Shown here: positions 38,291 to 49,860 of the stretch, piece by piece
How positions within the stretch are numbered: position 1 is the stretch's first letter
Layout: each line of letters starts with the position of its first letter
NCBI RefSeq assembly: GCF_018977255.1
Contig: NW_024704742.1
Location: 62,188,001-62,252,000, forward strand
DNA length: 64,000 nt
Source of the DNA: Callorhinchus milii
Lineage: Eukaryota
Direction of reading: 5' to 3'
Made by a program: the position numbers and the translations under genes
Notes under the pieces: generated by a model
Told to the model about the DNA's origin: nothing
Seen by the model: the letters and a program-made list of their open reading frames with translations, nothing else
Database searches by the model: none

Positions 38291-41200
38291 GCAAGAGTGA
38301 AGACCTTGAAAATCAATCTGCTGAGAGTAGTGATGGGTGTGTAGAGACTAGCAGGCAAATATACTTGTGATTGTACACAATCCACCACTGAAACCATCTA
38401 CTCTTAATCCCATTGCTCTGTCCTATCCCATCATTGGACATGGATTTATGTCCATGACTCAAATCAGTCTGAACAATCAGACAATTTCGCAGAAGTAACA
38501 GAGATGGTGATCATTTTATTAGTGTGCATTAAACTATGCACTTTTGAGAACCACAAAGTTAAGACAGGATACTCGTATGAAACATTACTCAATTAATCTT
38601 TGTAAATATAACAAAAAACACTGAAAGTTTTCAGACTAAATACACCCCGCTGACCTTGAATTACACTGGGATGCTGTTCCAACGATGGCAATATCACCCA
38701 GTGACCCATTTATTCGTAAGGCCGACCAGACTTTGACCATGTCAGGTAATGTAATAGAGCCAAATCATACTCTCATCACTGGTTGACTCAGGCAATGAAA
38801 TAGAAAGTAGAAATTTCTAGCACAGAAAACTACTTAGCCCATTGTGGCTTGGGCATCTTTCGTCCCTTTCAACAATGGACACTTTGAAGTAACTCTTCAC
38901 ACCCCTCTACTTGTCTAACATTGGGTGAACTCAGGCCAGTGACGAAACAGAGCTTCCTACTCAGTCTGCCTCAATGACAACCTCTCTATTTGACAAGTTC
39001 CACCCCAGTCTAGTGACCTTGCTGAAACAAACCACAGGTGCCAAACTGCATGTGCAGACTCAATAGAATGTCAACCCAAAAAACTGCACAGCATTCCTAC
39101 ACGACCAGAGGATAGGCAGAGCTGAGAAATGGTTTTGTTACAGCTGCACAATTTTAATTAAAACAATATATTAAAAAAAATGCAATGGCAGAGGAGAATA
39201 AAAGTCTCCAGCAGAGGAGAACAAATGACTTCAATATTTGCAGTGTATTACTTATTTATGTTTCTTGCTGCCAAAATAATGCAAATTTCACTTCTTGCCC
39301 TCGGGAGGTGCTCTCGATGTTATTGAACCCTGGCTGGAACTCGAGAGCGTTCTTTTTTGGATCCACTAGGGTATTTTTCTGGATCACCTTCTGTTGATGG
39401 ATGTATTTTTAGAAATTTGCTGTGTAAATTTAGCAAAAAACACAACATTCTTATAGAAGAAAGATCCTATAAAGAAGGATTTTCTAATATTTGCTTCTTC
39501 AAATGCTCAGTTAGCAATAGTCTCCCGTGGCTTTAAATTGCTATGCTTCGGTTTGTCTTGCAATAACTAAAATCCATTAGCAACAGGAAGCTCATCGTGC
39601 ACCTTATTTTCTATGAAAATTGAATTGATAATGACGGTTAACTTACTGTAGAAGGCAGTGTCTACTTTCGAACCAAGCTCTCTCCATTCGTTGCTGCCCC
39701 GTCAAAATGACAAGCTAAGAACCGATTTCCATTTTTTTCTTAAACAAGATTATTGTAAAATGGAGTTTATCAAACATACAAAACAGGTCAATGCAAATTG
39801 ACTTCGTTTTTGACATTCTGCTGCCTTCCTTTAGTTTGTTGATTACACTTTCCATTTCATAACTCACATAGTACAGGCTGACACTCCAATACAGTGCTAC
39901 ATTGTTGGAGGTGCTGACCTACATTAAACCAAGGTCCTGCCTGCCTGCTTGGGTGGATGTTAAAGACCCCATTCAAAATGAGAATTTCTCAGTGTCCTGG
40001 CCAACAATTCCCAAAATGAAATTGGCAATTGGCTGCCATGTTCGCCAACAAAATATGCAGTCACTACACTTTACAGTATATCCTTTGAAGCACTGTGTAC
40101 CCCACCGCCTCCAAGAAATAAAAGGCGCTATATCAAATGTAAGAAATAAAAGGCGCTATATCAAATGTAAGGATTATATCTCCACGCCTCAAAAAAGTAC
40201 AAAATGTCATAAATAGCTAAACCTATGCAATTAAACTTCATTCCCAGCGATGCAACCTCGCACTTCAATTCTGAGACAGTGTTTCTAAAAATATACTCCA
40301 GTACTGAACAAGTACAAACATTAATTCAATGACTTAATCACACATATTTCACATGCAATTCTTACTATAATCTTATAATTATATATATTATATATAATAT
40401 ATCTTACAATCCCTAAAAGATTTTGCATTTTGCTCCACTCCACTTTGGTCACACTATGAGAAAGTGTGGTGGTCCAAATTCAGCAGTGACCCTGAAATCA
40501 AGCCGCTGCATGGGGAATATTAAAGCAAGACACTCAAGAAAAGCTCCCAAAGAATCTGTGCCATTAAGCACAATTTTTCCTTCATAAAAGGAAGGCCTTT
40601 TTTTTGATAAAGTTCTGAATGAAATGCAAGGATTATTGTTAATGCTTCAGGGTAAGATGGTGAAAAAAGGTCTTACTTATTAACATACCTTTGTGCTCCA
40701 TTTTCTTAAAAAATATTGAAGGTTAGTACCTTTAATGGGATGCTATACTGGAAGAAAGATTGAGGCCAGTGTGAACAAATGTTAATGCTAAAAATGCAAG
40801 TTCTTTCTTTTTCTTACTGATGTTGATTCTGTTCCCTTTACAGCATCAGAAACACTTCCACGATAGCATAATTGCTGGCAACACTAGTTTAGAAATACTG
40901 AGGTCTCCAATAGCGCAGTAGCTAAGCACCTCACGTAGCAAAACTAATCTGTCTCAATCAATCATCTCATTTTACATTGCAGTATAGGCACTAAACTTGG
41001 CCTCAGAGCCTCTAGGCTTGGAATTGGGTTAAACAAAAGCTGGGAGAGAGAAAGAAGGAATGTGAGGATACTGCTCTCATAGGGGGACCATGTTCATTTT
41101 TTTTTATCTATGCATTCGATAATATTTTGTCACATCATTGAGATGTCTGAAAGCGCTTCCCAGGATACACTGTAGTCATGTAACTGTGTATGTTTTGTGG

Positions 41201-41714
41201 GCAAACGAGGCAGCCAATGTTCCACAACCCATCATGGAGTGAATGACCAACATTATGTGGGGGATTGTTAGCCAGGACAAATTCACTTCCTTGTTTTAAA
41301 AAAAATAACAATGCAATCTTTAAAGTCCACCTGGAGTGGCAAACGATCTTGGTTTAACATCTCATCCAAAGGTCAGCATCTCCTACAATGCAGCAAAATT
41401 ATGTGGGAAAAATTAATGACGTTAATGGTAATTTCTTCCTCTAAAACCAAAAGACACTATTGTGCGACTTTTACATTAGATTAAATGCAGCTGGAATGGT
41501 ACTGAAATAAATACATTTCAAAAGGAAAATTCTGATATCAAAAACATTGGAAAAAGTCAAAGTCAAGAGATATCAGCCTGGCTTGGTTAGTAGCAGCCTC
41601 ACCTCTTACCCCAAGCCAGGGCTAGCACAAGTTGAAAATCACAATTTGCTTGCTCTCGCTTGAATTATTTTATGAAGTTCTTCTTAAAATCATCTAAATG
41701 GCAGGCACATTTAC

Positions 41715-41840
41715 CTCTGGAGATTCAGCATCATGGTCAGGTGAATCTCCCCCATCATCATCACTGCCTTTTCTCTTTCTCTTATTTCTCACACTTTGAA
41801 TGAAACTTTTGTGGAAATCGCATATATACAGATGTCGGAC
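41715..41840 (-). CDS. SAP30: SAP30 exon 2
   Basis: CCCCAG|VRHLYICDFHKSFIQSVRNKRKRKGSDDDGGDSPDHDAESPE|GTAAAT; 126 nt, phase 0/0; contains the basic NLS. Confidence 0.95.
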
Positions 41841-42639
41841 CTGGGGTGGGTGGAGAGAACAGAAATTGAGTTAAATGTGATAATTACAGAGCGTGGGGGG
41901 GAGGGGAGAGAGAAAGAGAGAGAATATCAAAATGTGTGGGCATGCATTACATTGATAATCACAAGTTAAGCATACAGAATTAAGACTTCTTTCAGTTAAA
42001 AACTACCCAGGCCTTATGTAAACACTGGAGATTCTATGTATGACGTCTCCGGTGGGTCGCAAAACATAGCAACCATGTGAATGTATTTAGGTGGGATTTC
42101 GAGGTTGCACAAGTATGAGAGCCAGGATCCTGGAAGTGCAGGAGAATCAGGGTTGTGCTGTGACAAACTGTCTGAGTTATCCAAGGATGAAAGGACAAAT
42201 TCAAAACTGAAAAGTTTGATAACTAAATGTACAGAAGGCAAAAGAATAATCAGCAAACAAAAAAGGATTTTAAAAAAGACATTTAATGCTGAAGTTATAT
42301 TTTGGCAATGATTGCAAGATTGGGAGGTAGGAACATAATTGGAGTTTGAAGCAACAAGAATCTCACAGGATTCCTGTTCTCTCCCTGCTGCTGGCACTAC
42401 CTAGTTTTAAGAGTGATTTATGGCAAGACAGTATAAATGAGGTAGGTGCAAATCACACTAGGATTACATTGAGACGCCTTGAAGCCATGATAAGGCGCTA
42501 TATAAAATGCAAGTATTATTATTATTGATATAAGGTACTAGAGACATACAAGTTCTTTCTTTAATAGCATTTTAAGAAGAAACATTTAATTTTGGCGGTC
42601 AATTAACATAATAATAACATAATAATCATAATAATATAA

Positions 42640-43001
42640 TAATCATATTCAATGCATTTGATATAGCGCCTTATCACATCTTCGAGATGTCTCAAAGCTC
42701 TTCAGAGTATACTGTAAAGTGAATTCACTGTATATTTTGTGGGTGAAACGCAACAGCCAATTGTGAACAGCAGTGTCCCACAAACAGTCGTGGATTGAGT
42801 AAACAATTTTTTTTCTTTCTTTTTGTAAAGGGATTATTACCCTCAGAAAAGCAATCCTCCAATCGACTGACAACTGGGTTCCTATTTACTGCTAGGGAAA
42901 CAGAGGCATGTGAAGTAAGGAAACTTGCCTAACGTTTAGCCCTGACGGAAATCAAACCCAGGACCCCTTCACTTGAGTACTCTAACCACCGAGCTACAGG
43001 A
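42640..43001 (-). mobile_element. tRNA-derived SINE in SAP30 intron 1
   Basis: Reverse complement of the family consensus. Confidence 0.85.
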
Positions 43002-43889
43002 CATACATATACATTGCAGTTTTTGATCCATTTCAAAGTGATGTGAATTGGGAAGCACAGATCATGCTTCGAGAGAGCAAGCCACATTGCTTGGCAGTGC
43101 ATTGCAATTTCAAATGTCAAACCTGATGTAACTGCCTTTTAATAGTACTTTTGTACATTGTCACGACATGAAAGGTGCTATAACAAATGCTAGGATTGTT
43201 ATATTATAATAGTTTTATATCATAAAGTCCATTTGGCTGCACAAGTNAAAAAAAGTTAGGATATTAATAATAATAATAGAATTTTTGGTATAAAGCCTTC
43301 GACATCAGGAGGATATCACAAAGTAAAGAAATCCCTTTTTTTTAAAAATAATAATTTGGTCACTCAAATTCACGACTGTTTGTGGGACACTCCTGGGTGC
43401 AATTAAATGCTGTATTTTGCCTGAAAAATACAGTCAATTCACTTTACAATATATTCTGTGAAGCGCTTTGAGTTGTCTCAAAGACATCATGAGGTGCTAT
43501 ATCAAACGGAAGGGTTATTATAGGATACTGCCCGTGTTTTGTACACTCCAATGCAATGCTGTGGGGGAGGGTTGCGTTGTTAAGGAGTGTTATCCTTCGG
43601 TTGAGACGTTAAACCAAGGTCCTGTTTAGGTGGACATTAACTATTTGAAAAGAGAAGGGAGTTAGTTTCTCCAGGTGACCTCTCCAATAATCCACCAAAT
43701 AAAAATTGGTCATTTGTTTCCTGGCTGATTGTGGGTCACTGCCGTATATGCTTAGAAACTCCATTTCACAGTAAACCCTGTGAATCCTCATTTGAGTTCA
43801 AACACCTGACCAGTCAAATGCAATCCTCTACCCTTCAAGTATTGTAATGGTTATTTGTGGGGACACAGCAGTGTGGGGGACCCAGTAAT

Positions 43890-46100
43890 ACGCGCCGCCG
43901 TTTTTAAACGAACAGCGCTTCTCACTCCCGTGATGGAAACGCTTTAAAAAAAACACAAGGGAAGAAAATCATCCACTCATCCCGCAACAGGGGCTTGTGA
44001 GCCGCCAGAGAAGGCGCAGTGTGAAAACTGCAGCGCACAGTCCGTGTACAACTTGTACCCCAATCTCTACAGGAAGGTCGGCTTTGCCTTCGCTCAGCCT
44101 CAGCTGCTCCCGGTCTATAGGGACTTGATCGGTGTTCGCGGCCGCTTCGTGGACCGCATGACGGCAGTGTCACACGGTGGAGGGGAGTATTCTCGGTGCA
44201 CCGAAGCCCTGCCCTCACGGTGCGGTGCGCGGTGCGGTGCGGTGCGCGCACGGCTCTGGGCACCACCATCAGAAAACTATCTTTTAAGATTTTTTTTTTT
44301 TGATTTTTTTTTTTTTTGAAAAACGAAACAAACGGCTCCTCTCGCCGTCCGGGGGCACCGAGAAAACACCGCGCGAAACCGACTTACGTTCTTGTCGGCT
44401 TCCAGCTTGAGCTTCTTCTGTGAAATGCTCTTCTGGATCCTCTTGCTGAAGCTGGCGTTGCCCGCGGGGCGGCTGCACCTTTCCCCATCATCCACCAGAC
44501 AGCAAATGTGGCCGAAGCCCGGAGCCCCGGCCCCACCGTCTCTGCTGTCCTCTTCTGTGCTGAAACCGTTCATTTTACCGACCACTCACGAGCAACACCG
44601 CCAACCCCCCCCCACCCCACACACACACACACTCCCTCTATCTCTCTCTCTCTCTTTTTAACCCTTCTCTCTCTCTCTCTCTCTCTCGCTATAAGACTCT
44701 CTTATTAAACAGCAAAGGCACCACTTTTCCCCTCCAAAACTTAGCCTCGGCTCAAGTCGCTCACTGACCAACAAACTCACCCACACACACACGCACCACA
44801 CACTCACACTCACTCACACGCAACGATTTGAATCTCAATATGGCAGAGTGGGGTCTATGACAAAATAGCGGCTTATTAGCAACTCACATTGCGACAACTT
44901 TTCGGACGGGTTTTTCTCCTTTTTTGGGGGAGGGGGAGGGGGGGAAATAAAAGAAAATTGCAACTCTCAAAACGGACTCTCGACGGTGGAAGGTGCGCCG
45001 CGCAAAGCAAACAAAATACCCAACACACACACTCTCACTCACTCGCACTCAAAAGGTCGTTCGTGTTGAAGTTTACGGTTTGATTTAAATTGCCCCCCAA
45101 AAAAAGGCAGCGATCGGTCGCGTCCGCCCGCCGCGGCCAAGGATTTCCTTTTAAACCAAAGTGGGTTTATCCCCTCCGCCCTCCCCATTCAGTGCGAAAA
45201 GGGTGACGGGAGGACGGATTTGCACACGTTTCCCCCCGAGGGAGAGAGTAGTGAGGGGTGGGTGGGGGGGGGGGAGGGATGGCTGGTGTTGGTTGTGGCG
45301 GAAGACAAACAACATAATAAATTACATGTCGGGGCGGGCCTCTGGCCTTCGCTGAGGCCGGGGTTGGAGTCGCTGCTGAACAGCTGTTGCTATGGTACAA
45401 GCGGCCGCCGCCGAATCAGCAACTGAAGCGCAGTGACTGCCCCTCCCCCCCACCCCGCGCTCTCACACATGCGCAGTCCGGATAGAAATTAAAGCACGTC
45501 TCTGTGGCCCCCAACCCGCCCAACACCCGCTGAACACTCGCCCAATAACGATGCCTCGCCTGCTAAAGGGTAGCGGCGGAGTGGCTGGCGGAGGGTTAGT
45601 GCTTTTGAAAGTGAGGGGAAAAGTCTTCAAAGAGAAAGAGAAACGCGTTGCAGGTTTAGAATTGTTTAAACCATTTAGACACCCGCCCAAAGCCGCGTTT
45701 CACGCACTGATCCGACAACACTGCGCACGCGCCCCAGGGAGATCCCTGGAAGACGCTTTTTTTCTTCCTGTCTCCCGCCCGTACCGGCGTTTACCCACAA
45801 TACCTTGTGAGCGTCGCAGTCTCGTGTACTCTTCTGACCTTTCGCCCCCGAAAGAAACTACACGTCCCACAAAGCCGCGTGATCACTCTCACGTGGTAGG
45901 TTAATCCGAAGGAGGCTGGCTTGGCTTCCCGATGCCTTCTGGGTGTTGTAGTCTGACAGCGCACCGCCACCTATTCCGCCGCCACCTTCCCCTCGATCCC
46001 CGCGAGAACTGCACACCCAGGATTCTGCGCACCCTCACCATGGCCAGTGAGCAGTGCGCAGAAGGCGCTGCGTAAGAAAACCGCTCTTTAAGTGCTGTGT
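43890..46100. promoter_or_regulatory. CpG-island promoter of SAP30
   Basis: High CpG and GC density against a CpG-depleted background, spanning exon 1. GC box GGGGCGGG near 45331, NRF1-like ATGCGCA near 45469, E-box CACGTG at 45890, TTTGAA at 44827. Confidence 0.75.
44388..44573 (-). CDS. SAP30: Sin3A-associated protein 30, exon 1
   Basis: [62 protein letters not shown] (62 aa, N-terminal part of the SAP30 zinc-binding domain). Donor GTAAGT. Assigned SAP30 rather than SAP30L from synteny with HMGB2 and SCRG1. Confidence 0.92.
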
Positions 46101-46914
46101 AATCTATCTGCAACTCATGTTTTATATAAAAAAGCACTTCATTCCGCTTCTGCAACACTGTCCCCGCCCTCTCATTTTTTAAAAAGTAATGCCCCTCAGC
46201 CCCTGGAACAATAAGAATTCCTTTTTTAAAAAAATTAAAATGGAGTTCAAATAAAAACGTGGTTACAAGAAAAACACATCAGGCAAAGCGCAGGGATCAG
46301 ATGAGACTGCAATAGTTGCAATTTTACCCATTTTGCATCGTGCTGTACTCTGCCAAAGCGGAACGGGAAATAAAATAAGGTACCCTTTTAAATAAATAAA
46401 ACAATCCTTACGTTTGGATTTTAAAAACATCCTGTTTTACCCCGAACAATGCAGTGTCTTGGTGCTCCAATGTACTGTGCAACAAAATGGCAGAACATAG
46501 AACTGTGATTTCCTACGACATGTAATAGTTTGCAGGTTTGCCCATGATGTTAGGAAGGGTTGAACATACTTTCCTAAATATTTCCAGTGATTTTTGCCAG
46601 ATGTCTGTCTGACAGCAATGTCTTAAAATCGTCTCAGCACAAAATCAGGAAATCATGGTGGCAAAACTGGACTTAAAGAAAAGAAGTCGATTTTAAAAGC
46701 ATAAAAGGGGCCAAATTTAAAATATATAATAAGCTGGTCACTGGATTCATGACTTTGTGGGGCACCACCGTGTGCAATTGGCTGCTGCGTTTTACCCACA
46801 AAATATGCGGTCAATTCACTACAATATCTGCTGTGAAGCAGTTTGAGACATCTCGAAGATGACATAAGGCGCTATATCAAATGCAAGGATTATTATCAAA
46901 CAAAACACAAAAAC

Positions 46915-47020
46915 GTGTACTGATGAAGAATCGTGGATCCCAAATGTTGACTCACTTTCCTTTCACCATAAATGCTGCCTGACCTGCTGAGTGTTCCCAG
47001 CGACTTCTGTTTTTGTTTGC
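46915..47020 (+). mobile_element. Penelope terminal-repeat fragment with decayed hammerhead
   Basis: CTGATGAAGAATCGTGGATCCCAAATGTTGAC...GCTGCCTGACCTGCTGAG; GAAA is mutated to CAAA. Confidence 0.7.
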
Positions 47021-47669
47021 AAGGATTATTATTATTATATCAAATGCAAGGATTATTAAATACAGTAACCCACAACATAGTAAAGAGGAACATTAGGAAA
47101 TATTGAAAAGTAAGTTCTAGAAATAACAAATAAATACACCAACACAATAGGTGTCCATTTGACTTGGTTTGTAGTGATGTCTCTGGTTCAGATGGTTAAG
47201 GCTCATGCTTCATGAAGGGACTTCAGCTTATAAAGTTCAGGTTGACAGGGCTACAGTTCAGTGGAGGGCTGCATTGTCAGAGGTGGTTTTCCTTTTACAC
47301 CAACATTCTGTTTGCTTAAGTGGATTTCAAAAGTCCTTAAACGCAACTTGCAAATTTTCCAACCTGTACCTCTGGTATTAAGTAAACAGAATATATCACT
47401 CAGGGGCAAAGTACACACTGCATACCAGACAAATGGAACGGTCAGTATTTAAAGTTTCTCTGGGGGTGGGGGTAGGGGGTCAACAACCTTGCAGATAAAT
47501 TAGTTATTCACTTCATGGCTATTTGAGGGACTTTGCTATGTACAAAAAACTGGCTGTTGTGTTTGCCAACTGTTTTTTAAAAGATGTTTTGACATTATAG
47601 GCACTATATTAAATGCAAGGGTATAAACTGGATTTCAGTTAAACCACTGGTATTCTCACAGGATAATCT

Positions 47670-48415
47670 TCCCCACGTATGCAGATGACACACTAATCTA
47701 CTTTGCCTCCTCCAGTACGAACTCCAGGGCCGCCGATGTTCTATCAGCTTGTCTGGCAGACATCAGGGCCCGGATGAGTGCAAAGTTCCTGCAGCTGAAT
47801 GTGGACAAGATGGAAGCCATACTCCTTGGCACCTGTCAACGTTCTCACTCATGAGGATCTGAACTCTTCAAGGTCCCTTGGCTCCCCTTCAGACTCACTG
47901 AACTAATGTGCCCAGCTCCAGTAAAAAATCCAGCTCATTCAGAACTCTGCTGCTGCATACTTACCTGGACCTAACTCTGTAACCCCGTCTCACCAGTTCT
48001 GGCCAGGCTCCCCATCACCAAACGGGTCGACTTCAAGATCCTCACACTTGTGTTCAAATCCTTCACTCCCTGGCACCTCCCTACCTCTCTGACCTCCTCA
48101 CTCCACAATCCACCACCCGGCGCCTCCACTCGACTGGGACTGGCCTCCTGCTTGTCCCTCGCACCCTCCACTCTACCATTGGAGGGTGCGCTTCCAGCTT
48201 CTACACTCCCAAACTCTAGAACATTCACCCTCATTTGCTCCACCGTGCTCCCTCTCTTCCCTTTTTCAAGTCCCGCCTGAAAACCTTCCTTTTCAATTGT
48301 GCTTATGGTAAACTCCCACTCCAGCCCCCCAGCTTAGAGTCAGGCTCTGCCACTGTTAAGCGCTTTGAGATGCTACCCTGCATGGAGGGCGCAATATAGG
48401 TGCAAGTTGTTGTTG
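47670..48415 (+). mobile_element. Degraded L2 fragment
   Basis: TATGCAGATGACACA (YADDT) and L2 3' end with GTTGTTG tail. Confidence 0.75.
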
Positions 48416-48867
48416 CTTATGACCATCATTAATAATGAAGATATAATGCCACAGTAATAGATACATTTCAAACTTTTTTTTCTAATTTTACATTTCCTTG
48501 CAGTTTTCCAGATGTATTCTCTGATTCTGGTTCATTCAAAACCAGATTAACTGGCAATATATTTAACTGCTGTTTGTGGTACAATGTTAGTGCAAATTAA
48601 GGAATCCATTGATCAACGTGATGTACTTTTTGATCAATGTTTTCGGAAGTCGTATGTTTTTGATATACAGTATAGCATTAAAACCAAACATAATAGGCAA
48701 TAAGATGTCAACAAAAATATTGCATTATTGCATATTCACAGGGTTTCAGACATTAGATGTTTCAAAAATATTGTACAAAAAATAATTTGGTCACTCACTT
48801 CACGACTATTTGTGGGACACTTCTACGGACAATTGACTGCAGTATTTTGCCCACAAAATATAGTCAA

Positions 48868-49860
48868 CAACAACAAAATTACATTTAGAGCACCTTTCAC
48901 GTTGGGAGGACGTCCCAAGGCGCTGGACAGTCAGGGGTCAGGACCCGAGCATGGGAGAGTGGTGGGGTAGGAGTGAGGGAAGGCAGAGGGGTGGGAGGGT
49001 GACCGAGGCACAATTGAAGAGGAGGGTCGAGTCCGGCCTTGAAGGAGGCATGGGAGGAAGCGAGGCGAAGGGACTCTGGGATGGAGTCCCAGAGTGTGGG
49101 GGCAGAGAGGCTGAAAGCCCAGCCACCAATGGTAGGGCGGGTAGGGTGGGAGACATGGAGCAGGCTGGAGCCCGCTGAACAGAAGGTTCAACTGAAGGTT
49201 GGTAGGGAATCAGCAGGTCAGAGAGGTAGGAGGGGGCAAGGCCATGGATGGCCTTGAAAGTGAGAATGAGGATCTTGAATTCAATCGTCTGAGGGATGGG
49301 GAACCAGTGGAGTTGGGTGAGGGTGGGAGTGATGGGGTCGCAGAGCCTGGTGCACTAGAGTACACAAGCTGCAGTTTTGGATGATCTGCAGGTTGTGAAG
49401 GGAAGAGTTGGGAAGGCCGATGAGGAACGAATTTCCATAATTGAGCCTTGATGTGATGAATGTGTGGGTGAGGGTTTCGGAGCCTGAGGGGTGAGGCAGT
49501 GGCAGAGTCTGGCAATGTTGCGGAGGTGGTGGTAGGCAGTGCCGGTCATGGCACGTATGTGGGGGAGAAAGGACAGTTCAGGGTCAAACAAGACACCCAG
49601 GTTCCTGACTGGCTTAGTGAGGTTGAGTGTGCAGCCGTGGAGGCTGATGCTGCCAATGCCCGAGGTGCGGAGGCACTGGCGCGAGCCAATCAGGAGATTG
49701 GTCTTGCTGACATTAAGTTGGAGAAAGTTGTCCCTTGTCCAGGACTTGATGTCAGAAGTCAGTCATAACACCAGTAGTCTTGGAGTTGAGGATGGAGGCA
49801 GAGATAGAGTTGGGTGTCACCCACATACGTGTGGAAATTTACCTCATGTCTGCGGATGAT
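48868..49860 (-). mobile_element. L2 LINE 3' fragment nested in a SINE
   Basis: Closely matches the 1-245 and 26940-27900 copies; flanked by two halves of the SINE tail. Confidence 0.88.

Noticed and set aside
43247..43247. Single N base (another at 52882)
   Set aside because: Assembly ambiguity next to homopolymers, not biology.
44277..44387. Continuation of the SAP30 ORF past DKN (VSRFRAVF...)
   Set aside because: Read-through into intron 1; homology resumes in exon 2 after the GTAAGT donor.
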